56,000 nucleotides of DNA from Prasinococcaceae sp. CCMP 1430 (taxonomy: Eukaryota; Plantae; Prasinodermophyta). Below, piece by piece: positions 20,129 to 31,953 of the stretch (position 1 is its first letter; each line of letters starts with the position of its first letter). A program made the translations under genes and the position numbers. The stretch covers positions 326,072-382,071 of the forward strand of contig RQSC01000015.1 in NCBI GenBank assembly GCA_013416795.1. The letters are read 5' to 3'. The notes beneath the pieces were generated by a model that was not told where the DNA came from, made no database searches, and saw only the letters and a list, made by a program, of their open reading frames with translations.

Positions 20129-22024
20129 ATGCCCGCCGCCGCCGCGCTGCTGCGTGGCGTCGCGCAGGCGTCTGCGGAACCGCGCGGGTGTGCCGCTGGT
20201 AGAGGGCGCGCGCGCCGTCATGGACTGGGCAAGAGGGCACGCTGCGACAGCCGCACGGTGGCAGCGTCCGCGCCCAAAGGAACCGCCGCTGCCACGGCTG
20301 TAACCGTCAAGAAAGGTGCCGCCGACAGCAGCTCCCCCTCGACGGATGCGCTGCGCGGCGAGATGGACTGGCTCGAGCAGTGGTACGCCGTCGCCGACGT
20401 GGGCAGTCTTGACCCAACGCGTCCGACCCCAATCACCGTGCTCGGTCGCGACATGGTGGCGTGGCGCGGCGGGACAAGGCTTTCGGACGATGAGCCCACG
20501 TGGAGCGTGTTCATGGACCGATGCCCCCATCGCTGCGCGCCGCTCTCGGAGGGACGCATCGAAGAGGACGGCCACCTCATGTGTTCGTATCACGGCTGGC
20601 GCTTCGAGCCGGGTACCGGCGCCTGCACATCCATCCCGCAGCTCGAACAGGACGATTTCGAACGCGCAGCAGCGGATCCGCGCTCGTGCGTCAAGGTCTA
20701 CCCTTCGCAGGTGCGCCACGGCGTTCTGTTCGTGTGGCCAACGCACGGCGCAGATGCCGCATTGCGCGCAGCGGCCACGCCGCTGCCGCTGCTGCCGGAG
20801 CTTGTCGAGCTCGAGGAAGCCGCGCGCGCTGCCGCGATGGGCGGCCGAGGGGACGCGCCCACCGGTGCAGACGACATCCTCAGTGTCGAAAGCTGCCCAG
20901 TACGTCGCGCGCACTGGTCAACGCGCGAGGTCATGTATGGCTACGAGGTCATGATGGAAAATCTCACGGACCCAGCGCATCTCACCGTGTCGCACCACGG
21001 CATCATGGGCGACCGCAAGGATGCGGCACCCTTCGAGCTCCGCCCGAAAGGGCGCGTCTCGGACGCGGGCTTCGCCTTCACGGGAAGCGGCGCCTCCAAG
21101 ATTGCCCGACACGGGTCGAGTAGCAAGTTTCACGCGCCGAACTTCATAGAGATCACCACATACCAGGAGGGTGGGAGGTCCATACTGCCTCTGTATGTGA
21201 CGCCCTCGCGTCCTGGCAGGTGCGTGCTCGTAGGGTCCACTGTGCAGGTGCAGGAGGCGGGAAAGGAGAAGGTCGCGTGGGGGCCTTACTCTACGCCCAT
21301 GCCGCGCTGGTGCATTCACGTCCTCGGGCACCTCTTTATGGCGCAGGACATGGTCTTTTTGCACCACCAACAGCGCACCCTCCAGAACATCGAGATCGAC
21401 GAAGGCAAGGACTGGCGACAGGCGTGCTACTTCCCGGGCGAATTCGACATGATCGCCGCGTCGTTCCGCAGGTGGCTGGCTGCCAATGGCCCCATCCCGT
21501 GGCCTAGGAGCGCGATCGCGGACGCGCCTCATCCTGAATGGACGAGCGGCAGCATTGGCAGCGACGGTATGCGCGTCGTTGGTGCGAGGAAAGCAGGCAG
21601 CGCGACCTCCGCTGGGCCCGCTCCCATCTCAAGCACCGTGGTCATCCCACCCAGCGAGGGGCCGGAGAAGCTCTTCGACACCTGGGAGATGCACACACGT
21701 CACTGCAAACCGTGCCAAGACGTCTACAAGAGGCTCGGAGTGCTCAAGTTTGTACTCGCTGCTGCAGCCGCCGCCTCCTTCGTATGGGGTGCCGTCAACG
21801 CCGCTGTGGCGACAGCCGTCGGCGCGTCCGCTGCGGCGGCATCCTCCCTGTCGCCATCGCACCCACTGGCGACCGCCTGGCTTGGCGCGCTGGCCCTCGT
21901 GGGCGGCGCGCGCAGCGCGTGGTGCTATGCCGGTGCCGCAGTGCTTTTTGCGCTTGCGGCGGGCGCCCACCGCGTCCAGGGCATGTTCACTCACGTGTAC
22001 TTTTCGCACGCAGACAACGACTGA
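20129..22024 (+). CDS. Plastid Rieske/mononuclear-iron oxygenase, PAO/PTC52/TIC55 family
   Basis: Rieske DRCPHR..LSEG..CSYHGW, iron motif ENLTDPAH..SHHG, C-terminal HTRHCKPC and transmembrane helices, Ala/Arg-rich transit peptide. Confidence 0.9.
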   Translation: MPAAAALLRGVAQASAEPRGCAAGRGRARRHGLGKRARCDSRTVAASAPKGTAAATAVTVKKGAADSSSPSTDALRGEMDWLEQWYAVADVGSLDPTRPTPITVLGRDMVAWRGGTRLSDDEPTWSVFMDRCPHRCAPLSEGRIEEDGHLMCSYHGWRFEPGTGACTSIPQLEQDDFERAAADPRSCVKVYPSQVRHGVLFVWPTHGADAALRAAATPLPLLPELVELEEAARAAAMGGRGDAPTGADDILSVESCPVRRAHWSTREVMYGYEVMMENLTDPAHLTVSHHGIMGDRKDAAPFELRPKGRVSDAGFAFTGSGASKIARHGSSSKFHAPNFIEITTYQEGGRSILPLYVTPSRPGRCVLVGSTVQVQEAGKEKVAWGPYSTPMPRWCIHVLGHLFMAQDMVFLHHQQRTLQNIEIDEGKDWRQACYFPGEFDMIAASFRRWLAANGPIPWPRSAIADAPHPEWTSGSIGSDGMRVVGARKAGSATSAGPAPISSTVVIPPSEGPEKLFDTWEMHTRHCKPCQDVYKRLGVLKFVLAAAAAASFVWGAVNAAVATAVGASAAAASSLSPSHPLATAWLGALALVGGARSAWCYAGAAVLFALAAGAHRVQGMFTHVYFSHADND

Positions 22025-22601
22025 AGAGAAGAAGGAACCTGCTCGAAGGCGGACAAAGACGAGATGGACACACACACAGGCTGGCAGGACGACGCAGTGC
22101 CAGTCCGAAGCAACGGAGGCAGGAGTGTCAGCCATTTTCCCGGCGGCGACGACAGCCGCAGGCGGTTACCGCGCCCCATGCGAGTGCTCAAGCGCAGCCA
22201 TTTTCACATGGCGCCAAGCCGGCGGACGTTGAGTTGATAGGCGCGCGCGCACACAGGAAATAGGGTCTATATATGGGCGCATGCGCAAGCGTGTGATGGA
22301 TACCATAGTCCATTTTCTTGGATCGTGTTTTTGGGGCATGTTTGGGTTTTGTTTTTGGTACCCAAAAAGCGCGCAGAACTCTTGATTTGTCCGACATGTC
22401 AAGCTCTCTGCGGGACTGCTACCATGGTCTACGTGCGGCGCCACACAGCCCCCCGCCCATCCACCCCCCACCCACCCCCGCCCGCACCTCCTCCCCTTGA
22501 TCCCTTCCGTCGGGCGTGTCAAAACGCACTGAAACGCTGGCGCGTCACACCCATATAATTACAAGGGGCGGCGGCGGCGGCAGCAGTGGCGGTGGTGGCG
22601 C

Positions 22602-24955
22602 ATGGCATTCCCGGCCCGGGGCGTTGTCGTCGCCGGCAGGTGCCGATGTCGGCGTTCGCGGGGCGACGGCGGGAGCGGGGCGTTCGCTGTGCTCGCGCTG
22701 GCGGCGACATTGATTATGACGGCACCTCCAGCCTGGCGCGCGCCGAGCTCGCGCGGACGCAGTCTCATTGTCGCCGAAGCTGCGGGCGAAGGCGCTGTCC
22801 GCAGCGCCGTGTCCGCTTTCATTCACCGCGGGGACGAGGCACACGATGGGGCTGTTGCCACGCCGCCGAAGTTTCTCTTCTCAAACGAGGGAGGCGCCGC
22901 ACCCGCTGCGCTCTGGTCGACCTGGCTGGCAGGCCTCTCCAACCGCACTGACAGGCCCAAAGCGGCCGCGCTCGTCGCCAAGCTCACGTACCATCCGCCA
23001 GACCACGCGATGCGCCGCGCCCGCTCGCTGGTGGGCGACACGCAGCGACTGCACGCCTTCATTCGCAAGTTGCGCGCAGGGCGATGCGTGCGCGTTCTCA
23101 ACTTGGGTGTGTGCGCTTGCCTGTGACGCATTGAGAACGCGCGCATGACGGCGCGGCCGGCCGTGGCTCTGACGGGGGCGTGCGCACGCGCCCTCCTCGC
23201 GTCGCCAATCGATCGCGCAGGTGGATCCGTGACGCGCGGCCACGGAGCGGGCGGGATCCCCAGCGCGTACGGCATCGCCTTCGAGACGCTCCTCAATGAG
23301 GCCTTCCCACACTGCGCGCCCGCCGAGGACGCGCGGATGCGACGCCATGAGGTCGTCGTGCGCGCTTCGGGCGGCACCGCCAGCAACTTCGCACTGCAGC
23401 AATTCGACGCAAACTTGCACGGCATCGAGGCCCAGGTGGACATGGTGCTGGTCGAGTTCGCGCCCAACGACAGCTTCATGGAGGTGGACGCACGTGCTCG
23501 CTCCCTCACGCCGACCGGCGGAGGAGATGCGCGGCGGGCAGAAGAGGCTGAAGAGCACGATGCGCCTACCGGTGGAAGGGGAAGTGACGACGTCAGCGGT
23601 GAAAAGACCGTCCAGTTCTACACAGAGGCCCTCGTGCGCAGGATCCTGAGCATGCGCACGGGCAACGGAACGCTGCCTGCCGCCGCGGTGTGGCTGGAGA
23701 GCTCATGGATGAGCGAGGGTTTGCGGGGCGTGCTACTGCAGAGGAACAACGCCGACAGGGGCGACGCTGCGCGCACGGACGGCATTGATCCGAAGACCAT
23801 GGCGATCATGACGCGCTGGGGATCGTGGGATCCCATGGTGCTCATGGCTTCCCTCGCACATCACGCAGTGCTGAACTGGTGCGCGCGAGCGAGTGCACGC
23901 GCAAGCAGCAGGCGCGCGCGGGCGCGGGCACGCCCATGCGCACCCACGCGCGCGACTGACCCGCGCGCCCGCGCGCCCGCGCGCCCAGGTACCAAGTCCC
24001 GACCGTGAGCCTCGTCGACGTGCTGGCGCCGCTCACATTCAACTCCTTCGGGCCGTGGAACGAGGGCGGATACGACGAGAGCTCGGCCTTCGCCTGGGCG
24101 AACATCGCGGCAGATCAGTGCTGTCACCCCAACGCGGCGGGCCACATCATCATGGCGCTCATGTTGGCCCGCGAGCTCGACCACGAGGCGCACGTATATG
24201 GCGTGCCGCGCTTGCCCGAGGAGGAAGACCGCAGCGCGAGAGTGTTGAGCCACTCGTCGGCGGAGTCCGGGTCGGCATCGTCGGTGGCTGGGTCTGGGCA
24301 GGACGCCGCAGCCCTGCTGCCCCCCCAGGCCCGCGCGCATCTGCGCCCCCTTCTGTGGCTCTCGCCCGGCGATGAGAAGCGGTACCTCGCACCTCCGTAC
24401 TTCTCGCTTGACTTCATGGATTCGCGCCTGGCGGGGACGGGCGCATCCGTCATCGCGCCGGGCGCTCTCGGTTGGAGCGTCGAGGAGGACGTGCCGGGGA
24501 AGCAGGGCCTGCTCGCGCGCGAGCCCGGCTCGCACGCGGCGATCGTGCTCCCGGTGGCCGCCGTCCGGCGCGCGCACCCCGAGGAGGATCGCATGATTCT
24601 GTCGATCGGATACCTGTCGAGCTACTCGGGCTTCTCATCGATCTCGTACTGGGTGGATCACTCCCCGGCGCTGGCCGCGGAGAGGGCGGACGCGCTCGAG
24701 CCGCGGCGGTGCAGGTCCGACTTCAACATGAGTCTGGAGCGACAGGTCATCGTCGCGTCTCGGCGGTCCAACCGGGGCCAGGTCTCCGTGTTCGAGACCG
24801 TGGCCACCGAGCCCATCGCCATGGCGGCCGGCGCGCGCGACATGTACTTGCACGTGTGCCTGCACCCCATCCACATACGGGGTTCGCTCTTTGCGCGGAA
24901 GGGCAAGTTCAAGCTCCTCACGGTGGTGGGCGTCCACGCGGAGGGCGGCGCGTGA
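22602..24955 (+). CDS. SGNH/GDSL-type hydrolase or polysaccharide acyl-esterase-like protein with N-terminal anchor, 3 exons
   Basis: Introns 23107-23220 and 23879-23988 give VLNLGGSVT (block I), ASGGTAS (II), VLVEFAPND (III) and DQCCHPNAAGH (V). Confidence 0.75.
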
Positions 24956-25285
24956 TCGCAGCGTGCCCTCCGTCGCGAAAGGAGGACGCCCAGCCGCTGG
25001 CGCGCCGCCCCTCTTCCCCTGAGAGGCGCAACGCTGTCGCGCCCGAAGGCGTCCAGCCGCGCGCGCGAATTCGTAACCGTCTAACCGACGCCGGCCGTGC
25101 GAGGTTGAGAGTGCGCCATCGGGCCGCGGCGAGGGCATCGCCCCATCAAACGCCGCGCAATCATACAGTAGTCTCCCGTGGGCGTAGAATTTGCGTATGC
25201 CCACATATGCGTTCGGCTCGCCTGCGGCTGACCGCACCGGCGCATGCGCCGCGTGCCCCGCGCGCGGCGCGGGCGTGCGCGCGGC

Positions 25286-26279
25286 NNNNNNNNNNNNNNN
25301 NNNNNNNNNNNNNNNNNNNNNNNNNNNNNNNNNNNNNNNNNNNNNNNNNNNNNNNNNNNNNNNNNNNNNNNNNNNNNNNNNNNNNNNNNNNNNNNNNNNN
25401 NNNNNNNNNNNNNNNNNNNNNNNNNNNNNNNNNNNNNNNNNNNNNNNNNNNNNNNNNNNNNNNNNNNNNNNNNNNNNNNNNNNNNNNNNNNNNNNNNNNN
25501 NNNNNNNNNNNNNNNNNNNNNNNNNNNNNNNNNNNNNNNNNNNNNNNNNNNNNNNNNNNNNNNNNNNNNNNNNNNNNNNNNNNNNNNNNNNNNNNNNNNN
25601 NNNNNNNNNNNNNNNNNNNNNNNNNNNNNNNNNNNNNNNNNNNNNNNNNNNNNNNNNNNNNNNNNNNNNNNNNNNNNNNNNNNNNNNNNNNNNNNNNNNN
25701 NNNNNNNNNNNNNNNNNNNNNNNNNNNNNNNNNNNNNNNNNNNNNNNNNNNNNNNNNNNNNNNNNNNNNNNNNNNNNNNNNNNNNNNNNNNNNNNNNNNN
25801 NNNNNNNNNNNNNNNNNNNNNNNNNNNNNNNNNNNNNNNNNNNNNNNNNNNNNNNNNNNNNNNNNNNNNNNNNNNNNNNNNNNNNNNNNNNNNNNNNNNN
25901 NNNNNNNNNNNNNNNNNNNNNNNNNNNNNNNNNNNNNNNNNNNNNNNNNNNNNNNNNNNNNNNNNNNNNNNNNNNNNNNNNNNNNNNNNNNNNNNNNNNN
26001 NNNNNNNNNNNNNNNNNNNNNNNNNNNNNNNNNNNNNNNNNNNNNNNNNNNNNNNNNNNNNNNNNNNNNNNNNNNNNNNNNNNNNNNNNNNNNNNNNNNN
26101 NNNNNNNNNNNNNNNNNNNNNNNNNNNNNNNNNNNNNNNNNNNNNNNNNNNNNNNNNNNNNNNNNNNNNNNNNNNNNNNNNNNNNNNNNNNNNNNNNNNN
26201 NNNNNNNNNNNNNNNNNNNNNNNNNNNNNNNNNNNNNNNNNNNNNNNNNNNNNNNNNNNNNNNNNNNNNNNNNNNNNNN
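25286..26279. other. Assembly gap (N run)
   Basis: 994 N. Confidence 1.
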
Positions 26280-26280
26280 T

Positions 26281-26400
26281 CTTGCCCGCGCCATTGGGCC
26301 CGGTCACCGCCACCCGCTCGGGCCCGATGATCTCGAAGCGCCACGGCCCGAACCGCCGCGCGCCGCGCGCCAGCGGCGGCAACGAGGTGCCGCCGCGGGG
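26281..26400 (-). CDS. Fragment of an ABC ATPase (Walker A), resembling bacterial ABC-F proteins
   Basis: FGPWRFEIIGPERVAVTGPNGAGK runs directly into the gap. Confidence 0.55.
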
Positions 26401-26831
26401 CGCCTCAGAGGAGGGGTGAGGCGAGGCGGCGCCGGGGACGCGGAGGGGGTGGGGTGGGGGTTGGGGAGGGAGAGGCCCTGGAGGCAGGCGCACGCCCTCT
26501 CTCTCGCTCGTCCCTCGCTCGCTCGCTCGCGCGCGCCAACGAGCGCCCCCGCGCAGCGCCCCAGGGCGCGCACGTCCCTTTTAGGGTCAAATCCGCTCAA
26601 AGGGTTTATGTACTACATCAAAATATTATTTACGTGGGTTGGGGTTTGCCCGCTCCCGACGGGCGCCGCGCCCCCCCCCCTTCGGCCCGGAAAAAAAAGG
26701 GGCGAAAAAGCGCGTCGCATTGGTCGAAGGGACGCGGCTCTTTTTTCTTTTTCCTTTTTCCTCTGGCTCCGGCGCGCGGCGCGCGGCTCGCCATCAGGAC
26801 GCATGGGAAGGCGGGGGGGCGCTTCGACGCG

Positions 26832-26859
26832 GATTTAGATTTAGATTTAGATTTAGATT
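26832..26859 (+). repeat. (GATTTA)4 plus partial copy, hexamer array
   Basis: Read directly in an AT-rich intergenic island. Confidence 0.9.
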
Positions 26860-27529
26860 CCGCCGCCGCGGCGCGGCGTAACCGGCGGCTCTTCTGCGCG
26901 CGCGCGCGCGCGCGCGGCGCTTTTCGCCGCCGATCGCCGATTTCGGCGTCCGCACCGCCGAATGGTATTCATGACTCAACAAATGTATGTATGTACCCAC
27001 GGGCGAGTATGATTTCGGAGGGGGTGTTGAGTTGGTTTTGATGGCATCGGCCCGGTCGGCGCGCGCGGGCTCCGGCGCGCGCGCGCGCGGCGATCGGCGT
27101 GTTCGCGGGTGCGTTTCGATGGCGTCCGGCGCGCGCGCGGGGCGCCGAGTCCTTGGCGCCAAACGCAAACAAGCACGCAGACAGGCACGCAGGTACTGTA
27201 CCGTAGGAACCCACGAGCACACCGGTCGTGTGGATCTCCATCACTCGTTCCGATGGGATGCAGCGCTTGGGGTTGATTGCGGGCTGACACCCAATCAGGC
27301 CTTTACGATGGGAGCGTGGTACGATGGTACTGTGCCGCCTCGGAGTTGACAGCGGTGGCGCTGCGGCCGACCGCGCGTCAAAGCTGCTCAGTAGGCGGCG
27401 CGGGCAGGCGGCGGGGGTGCTCAGTGACCCTCGATCGATGGCCGAGGCTGAGCAGGAGAGCCGGGTCCTCGTGCGGGAGAGTGCTGGCAGCGTGCTCCCA
27501 GCATCGGCGCGCTCGCCCCCACGGGCGGA

Positions 27530-27844
27530 TCATCGGCCTGCGATCGTTCTCTTAGCCTCCACCCCGAACTCCGAGTCTCGTGCCCGCCGGAGGTTCCGAG
27601 TCCTCCTCCGCCGCCCACAGACTGGTGGTGGCGCGCCGCCATCGTTGACTGCGGCGAATGACTCTGCGCCGCACGCCGCCAAACACCCCAGTTCAGCCGC
27701 GGCGTCGCGAGCAACGTTTTGCCATTGTCTGGCTGGGTGGGCCGCGCGTCGCTGTCCGTCGATCTGCGTGTTCCGATATTTCGCGGCGGCGGCGCGGGTG
27801 CACCTGTTGCTCCTCGGGTCCACCGCCCAAAGGCACTGTCGCGC
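27530..27844 (-). CDS. Possible C-terminal coding fragment of an unidentified gene (after N 27845)
   Basis: Open frame QCLWAVDP...KYRNTQID...HPARQWQN... ending in a stop. Not sirtuin-like; family not recognised. Confidence 0.25.
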   Translation of the reverse strand, partial: ARQCLWAVDPRSNRCTRAAAAKYRNTQIDGQRRAAHPARQWQNVARDAAAELGCLAACGAESFAAVNDGGAPPPVCGRRRRTRNLRRARDSEFGVEAKRTIAGR

Positions 27845-27919
27845 NCCTCGCGAGGCCAACCCACGCCGGCCCCTGCGAGCGCGCGCCGCCGGCGGGACGC
27901 CTCGCCGCGGGAGACGCAC

Positions 27920-28264
27920 CTCGACGCAGTGCGCCCCGTCGAAGTTGCCGTGCGCCGCCACCACCTTGTCCGCCGGTATGCCCGCCACCCTCTCGAGCGA
28001 GTCGATGTTCTGCGTGAAGACGCGGCCGAGGGCGCCCTTGTCGTGCAGCAGCCGCATGAACAGGTGCGCGGGCGTCGGGCGGTAGCGCTCCGGCCGCAGC
28101 TCGCGCGCGAGCTGGAAGAACGGGCGCGGGTTGGAGCGGAAGAAGCCCAGCTCGAACACCGCCGTGGGCTCGGGCAGGTCGTACTTCTGCAGGTTGTCGT
28201 ACAGGCCCGTGCCCGGCGTGCGGAAGTCGGGGATGCCCGCCGACACGCTCACGCCCGCGCCGAC
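27920..28264 (-). CDS. Class I sirtuin (SIRT2/Hst2-like) internal exon; both ends missing
   Basis: [30 protein letters not shown]...PFFQLAREL...FTQNIDSLE...AHGNF. GT donor at 27919. Confidence 0.9.
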
Positions 28265-28800
28265 GGCGAGCGAGGCGGCCACCGAGTCGTCGAGCGCGAA
28301 CGCGGACGCCATGCGCGCGCTGGCCGCGCAAGTGATGGCCGAGGCCGACTCGCTGGCGCGTCACGCCGAGGCGCGTGCGGCCGAGACTACTACCGAGCGT
28401 ACCACTAATGACCACGGGGAGGGCCCGCCGTCCTGCGGGGCCTGCTAGCCTGCACGTTGTTCCACATTGTTTGATGTATTTTTAATTGCGGTGAGCCTCG
28501 CCCGGCCACGCGGCGCACCGCCGCCGATGGCACCGGGCATGTACAGATATCGCAAGTCGGCGGTCTGGTTGGGTTGGTGAGAAGCTACGAGGAAGCTGGC
28601 ACGCGCGTGGCTGCCGCACGCCGTGCCTCAAGCGAGAGCGATTTGATCGACCCCACCGTATAGCACCCGTAACACCAGCCGCTGCTGCACACACGGGCAC
28701 GCACCTGCAGCCGCCGCTGCTGCTGCGCGCGCGCGAGCGCGCGCCCGCTCGCGCCCTCGCGACGTCGCGCATGGCGCTCCCAGCGGCGACGGGGCCACAA
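28251..28800 (+). repeat. 550-bp direct copy of 29679..30228 (3' end of the TPR gene plus downstream DNA)
   Basis: Identical by eye at offset 1428 bp. Confidence 0.95.
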
Positions 28801-28964
28801 GGTCGCCTCGCCTCGGCGCGCCCATCCAGGCAACCGCCCGCGCGGGCGTCGCCTGGAGAGGGACGGGCCCTGCGCTCGCACTCGCTCTTTTCTTTTTCTT
28901 TTTTGGTCGGAGGGTGGCTCGGAAGCCGACGCGACGAACGTGGGCGAAACCGCGGGTCCATTGT

Positions 28965-28973
28965 AAACCCTAA
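28965..28973 (+). promoter_or_regulatory. Telo-box AAACCCTAA upstream of the TPR gene (one of several in the window)
   Basis: Exact plant telo-box. Related copies at 6734, 8933, 26580, 38135 and 52010. Confidence 0.45.
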
Positions 28974-28994
28974 TCAAAACCATACCGTAAACGG

Positions 28995-29876
28995 GTGACA
29001 GGCGGCAGCCGGCCTGCAGCTGATGAGACTGCGCGCGCGGCGGTCACCGCGCCGCCCGGCGCGCCCGACCGCGCCCCCCGGCGAGCTCCCCCCCGCGCGC
29101 TCGACGGCGCGCTCGACGGCGGGTCGCGCGTGGGGCCCGACGAGGGCGACGAGGCCGCGGCAGCAGGGGTGCAGCAGTTCGTGAAGCAGGACCAGACGCC
29201 GCGCGACGCGCGCGTCGAGGCCTACTACACCGCCGCGCAGCGCCTCATCCCCGACAGCGCCCTCGTGCTGTCCAACTGGGCGTCGTACCTCATGGAGGCC
29301 GCGGACAGGAAGGACGCCCACCGCGCGCTCACGCTGTTCGAGCGCGCGATGGAGTGCGACCCGGACGACGTGCTCACCATGTCGAAGCTCGCCGGGTGCT
29401 ACGAGGCGTGCGGCATGCTCTCCACCGCCCGCGAGATGCACGAGGCGGCGGTGCAGGCCGAGCCGACGTCGGACTTCGTGCTGGCCGCCCACGCTCGCTT
29501 CCTGTGGCAGCACCACGCCCTGGACGACGAGCTGCGAGCGCGCAAGGCCGCCGACGACGAGGCCCGCGCGGCGGCGCTGGCCGCCGCGGCGGCGGCCGCG
29601 CCGCCGACCGCCCAACAGCAGTTCGTGCCCCTGGAGTGCGAGGGCCCCGACGCGAGCGGCACGGGGTGCGTGGTGGCGACGCCCGCGCCGACGGCGAGCG
29701 AGGCGGCCACCGAGTCGTCGAGCGCGAACGCGGACGCCATGCGCGCGCTGGCCGCGCAAGTGATGGCCGAGGCCGACTCGCTGGCGCGTCACGCCGAGGC
29801 GCGTGCGGCCGAGACTACTACCGAGCGTACCACTAATGACCACGGGGAGGGCCCGCCGTCCTGCGGGGCCTGCTAG
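28995..29876 (+). CDS. TPR-repeat protein; start not resolved
   Basis: AYYTAAQRLIPDSALVLSNWASYL, LFERAMECDPDDVLTMSKLA and HEAAVQAEPTSDFVLAAHARFLW are TPR-like helical pairs. No in-frame ATG near the ORF start. Confidence 0.7.
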   Translation: MTGGSRPAADETARAAVTAPPGAPDRAPRRAPPRALDGALDGGSRVGPDEGDEAAAAGVQQFVKQDQTPRDARVEAYYTAAQRLIPDSALVLSNWASYLMEAADRKDAHRALTLFERAMECDPDDVLTMSKLAGCYEACGMLSTAREMHEAAVQAEPTSDFVLAAHARFLWQHHALDDELRARKAADDEARAAALAAAAAAAPPTAQQQFVPLECEGPDASGTGCVVATPAPTASEAATESSSANADAMRALAAQVMAEADSLARHAEARAAETTTERTTNDHGEGPPSCGAC

Positions 29877-30364
29877 CCTGCACGTTGTTCCACATTGTTT
29901 GATGTATTTTTAATTGCGGTGAGCCTCGCCCGGCCACGCGGCGCACCGCCGCCGATGGCACCGGGCATGTACAGATATCGCAAGTCGGCGGTCTGGTTGG
30001 GTTGGTGAGAAGCTACGAGGAAGCTGGCACGCGCGTGGCTGCCGCACGCCGTGCCTCAAGCGAGAGCGATTTGATCGACCCCACCGTATAGCACCCGTAA
30101 CACCAGCCGCTGCTGCACACACGGGCACGCACCTGCAGCCGCCGCTGCTGCTGCGCGCGCGCGAGCGCGCGCCCGCTCGCGCCCTCGCGACGTCGCGCAT
30201 GGCGCTCCCAGCGGCGACGGGGCCACAANTCGCGCGCTCCGGGAGAGCATCGCCGCCGTCGTCGCCGCGGCCAGCCCGCAGGTCGGCGCGCGGGCCGCAG
30301 AGGGGCGAGCGCGCCGCGGGGCAAGCGCTGCGCAGCCCGTCCAGTCAAAAATGCCGCCATGTCT

Positions 30365-31953
30365 TTACAGCTGGGGTATGTCCACCTCCTCACCGTTGGA
30401 CATCATCGCCGTCCGCGGGTCCTCCTCTTCCACGGCCTGGATGCCCTCCTCATCCACGAGCTCGATGCCCTCCGGCGCCTTCCACGCGCGCTGCAAGTCA
30501 AACTGTATCCCGCGCGCGTCCGCAACCGGCAGCCCCTGCAGCACGTCGAGAGGTGCCACCTGGTTGAGGCCGTCCGGCCACAGGATCTGCACGGCGTAGT
30601 TGCCGAGCGCGGCCATCTCCATCGGCTCGATATCCTCGGGCACGCTCGCGGGATCGGTCAGTTGCTCGCCTGTCCACTCGTCCACCGAAGCGGCCCCGCG
30701 ATCGCTGCGGCGCACGTCCACCGCGCGCAGCACCAGCGCGCGGTCGAAACCCGGCGCGTCGACGCTGATGATCGGCGTGCTGCCGCCGCTGCCGCATTCC
30801 TCGCCCTCCCCCGCCCCAGCGAAGCCAACCAGCACCTCAGTACGCCCCGAGCGCAGCTTGGCGACCTCTTTGACCACTGCCGCGCCCAGCTCACCGAAGA
30901 CCTTGGCAGTGTCGCTGGTGGGCGCGCTCACCACCGCGGGCTCGCCGCAGTCGCCCGCCGCGGACAGCGCGGGCTCGATGGGCACCTCGAGCAGGTGCGG
31001 CACGCCGTAGGCCTCGCAGATGCGCTCCCCCGAGCCCTTGCCGAAGGGGTAGTGCCTCTCGCCGCCCGCGTCGAAGTGCGCCATGTTCTCCACCACCGCC
31101 GCGCACGGCACGCGCAGCCGCGCGAACATGCGCACGCCCTTGGCCACGTCGACGAAGGCGAGCTTCTGCGGCGTGGTCACGACCACCGCGGCCGTCAGGG
31201 GGACCGTCTGGCACATCGTCAGCTGGATGTCTCCGGTGCCCGGGGGCATGTCGATGAGCAGGTAGTCAAGGTCGCCCCAGTCGGTCGTGGTCAGGAGCTG
31301 CGCCACCACGCCGCTGGCCATCGGCCCGCGCATGATGGCCGCCTGCCCCTGGCCGGCGTAGCCGAAGCTGACGCACTTGACGCCCTTGTAGTCCACGGGC
31401 TTGATGCTGCGCGTTGTGGCGTCCATCTCCAGGACGGTCACCTCCGGCGACACCATCGTCGGCAGGCTGGGGCCGTATATGTCCGCGTCCATGATGCCCA
31501 CGCGCGCGCCCATCTGCGCGAGCGAGTACGCGAGGTTGACCGAAACGGTGGACTTGCCCACGCCGCCTTTGCAGCTGTACACCGCTATTATGGACGACAC
31601 CTTCTGCAGCCCCTCGGGCATCTGCGGGATGAGCGGCTTGGGGGGCGCCGCGGACAAGGCCACGTCGACGGACTCCACCCACGGCAGGGCGAGCGTGACG
31701 TTCTCGGCATCCTCCTGGAAGCGGTCCTTGACGGGGCACGCGGGCGTGGTGAGGTGAAGGCGGAACGAGACCGCGCCGGTCGCGCGGTCGCAGTCGAGGT
31801 CCTTGACGAAGCCGCAGCTGACGATGTCGTCCCCGAGGTCGGGGTCGATGATGGAACGCAGGGCGTCGAGCACCTCCTCCTGCTCGGCCGTCCGCCCGCT
31901 CTCGGCCACGGGCGCGTCCTGCGCGGCCGCGGCGGTGAGCGGCCGCGCGCGCG
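30365..31953 (-). CDS. HCF101: Chloroplast Fe-S cluster carrier HCF101 (DUF59 + Mrp/NBP35 P-loop + DUF971); 5' end in the gap
   Basis: LRSIIDPDLGDDIVSCGFVKDL, LTTPACP, SCKGGVGKSTV, DADIYGPSLP, DMPPGTGDIQLT, GNYAVQILWPDG. Confidence 0.95.

Noticed and set aside
24472-26838. Long ORFs spanning N runs (also 30359-33881 and 50025-50923)
   Set aside because: They stay open only because N codons are not stops.
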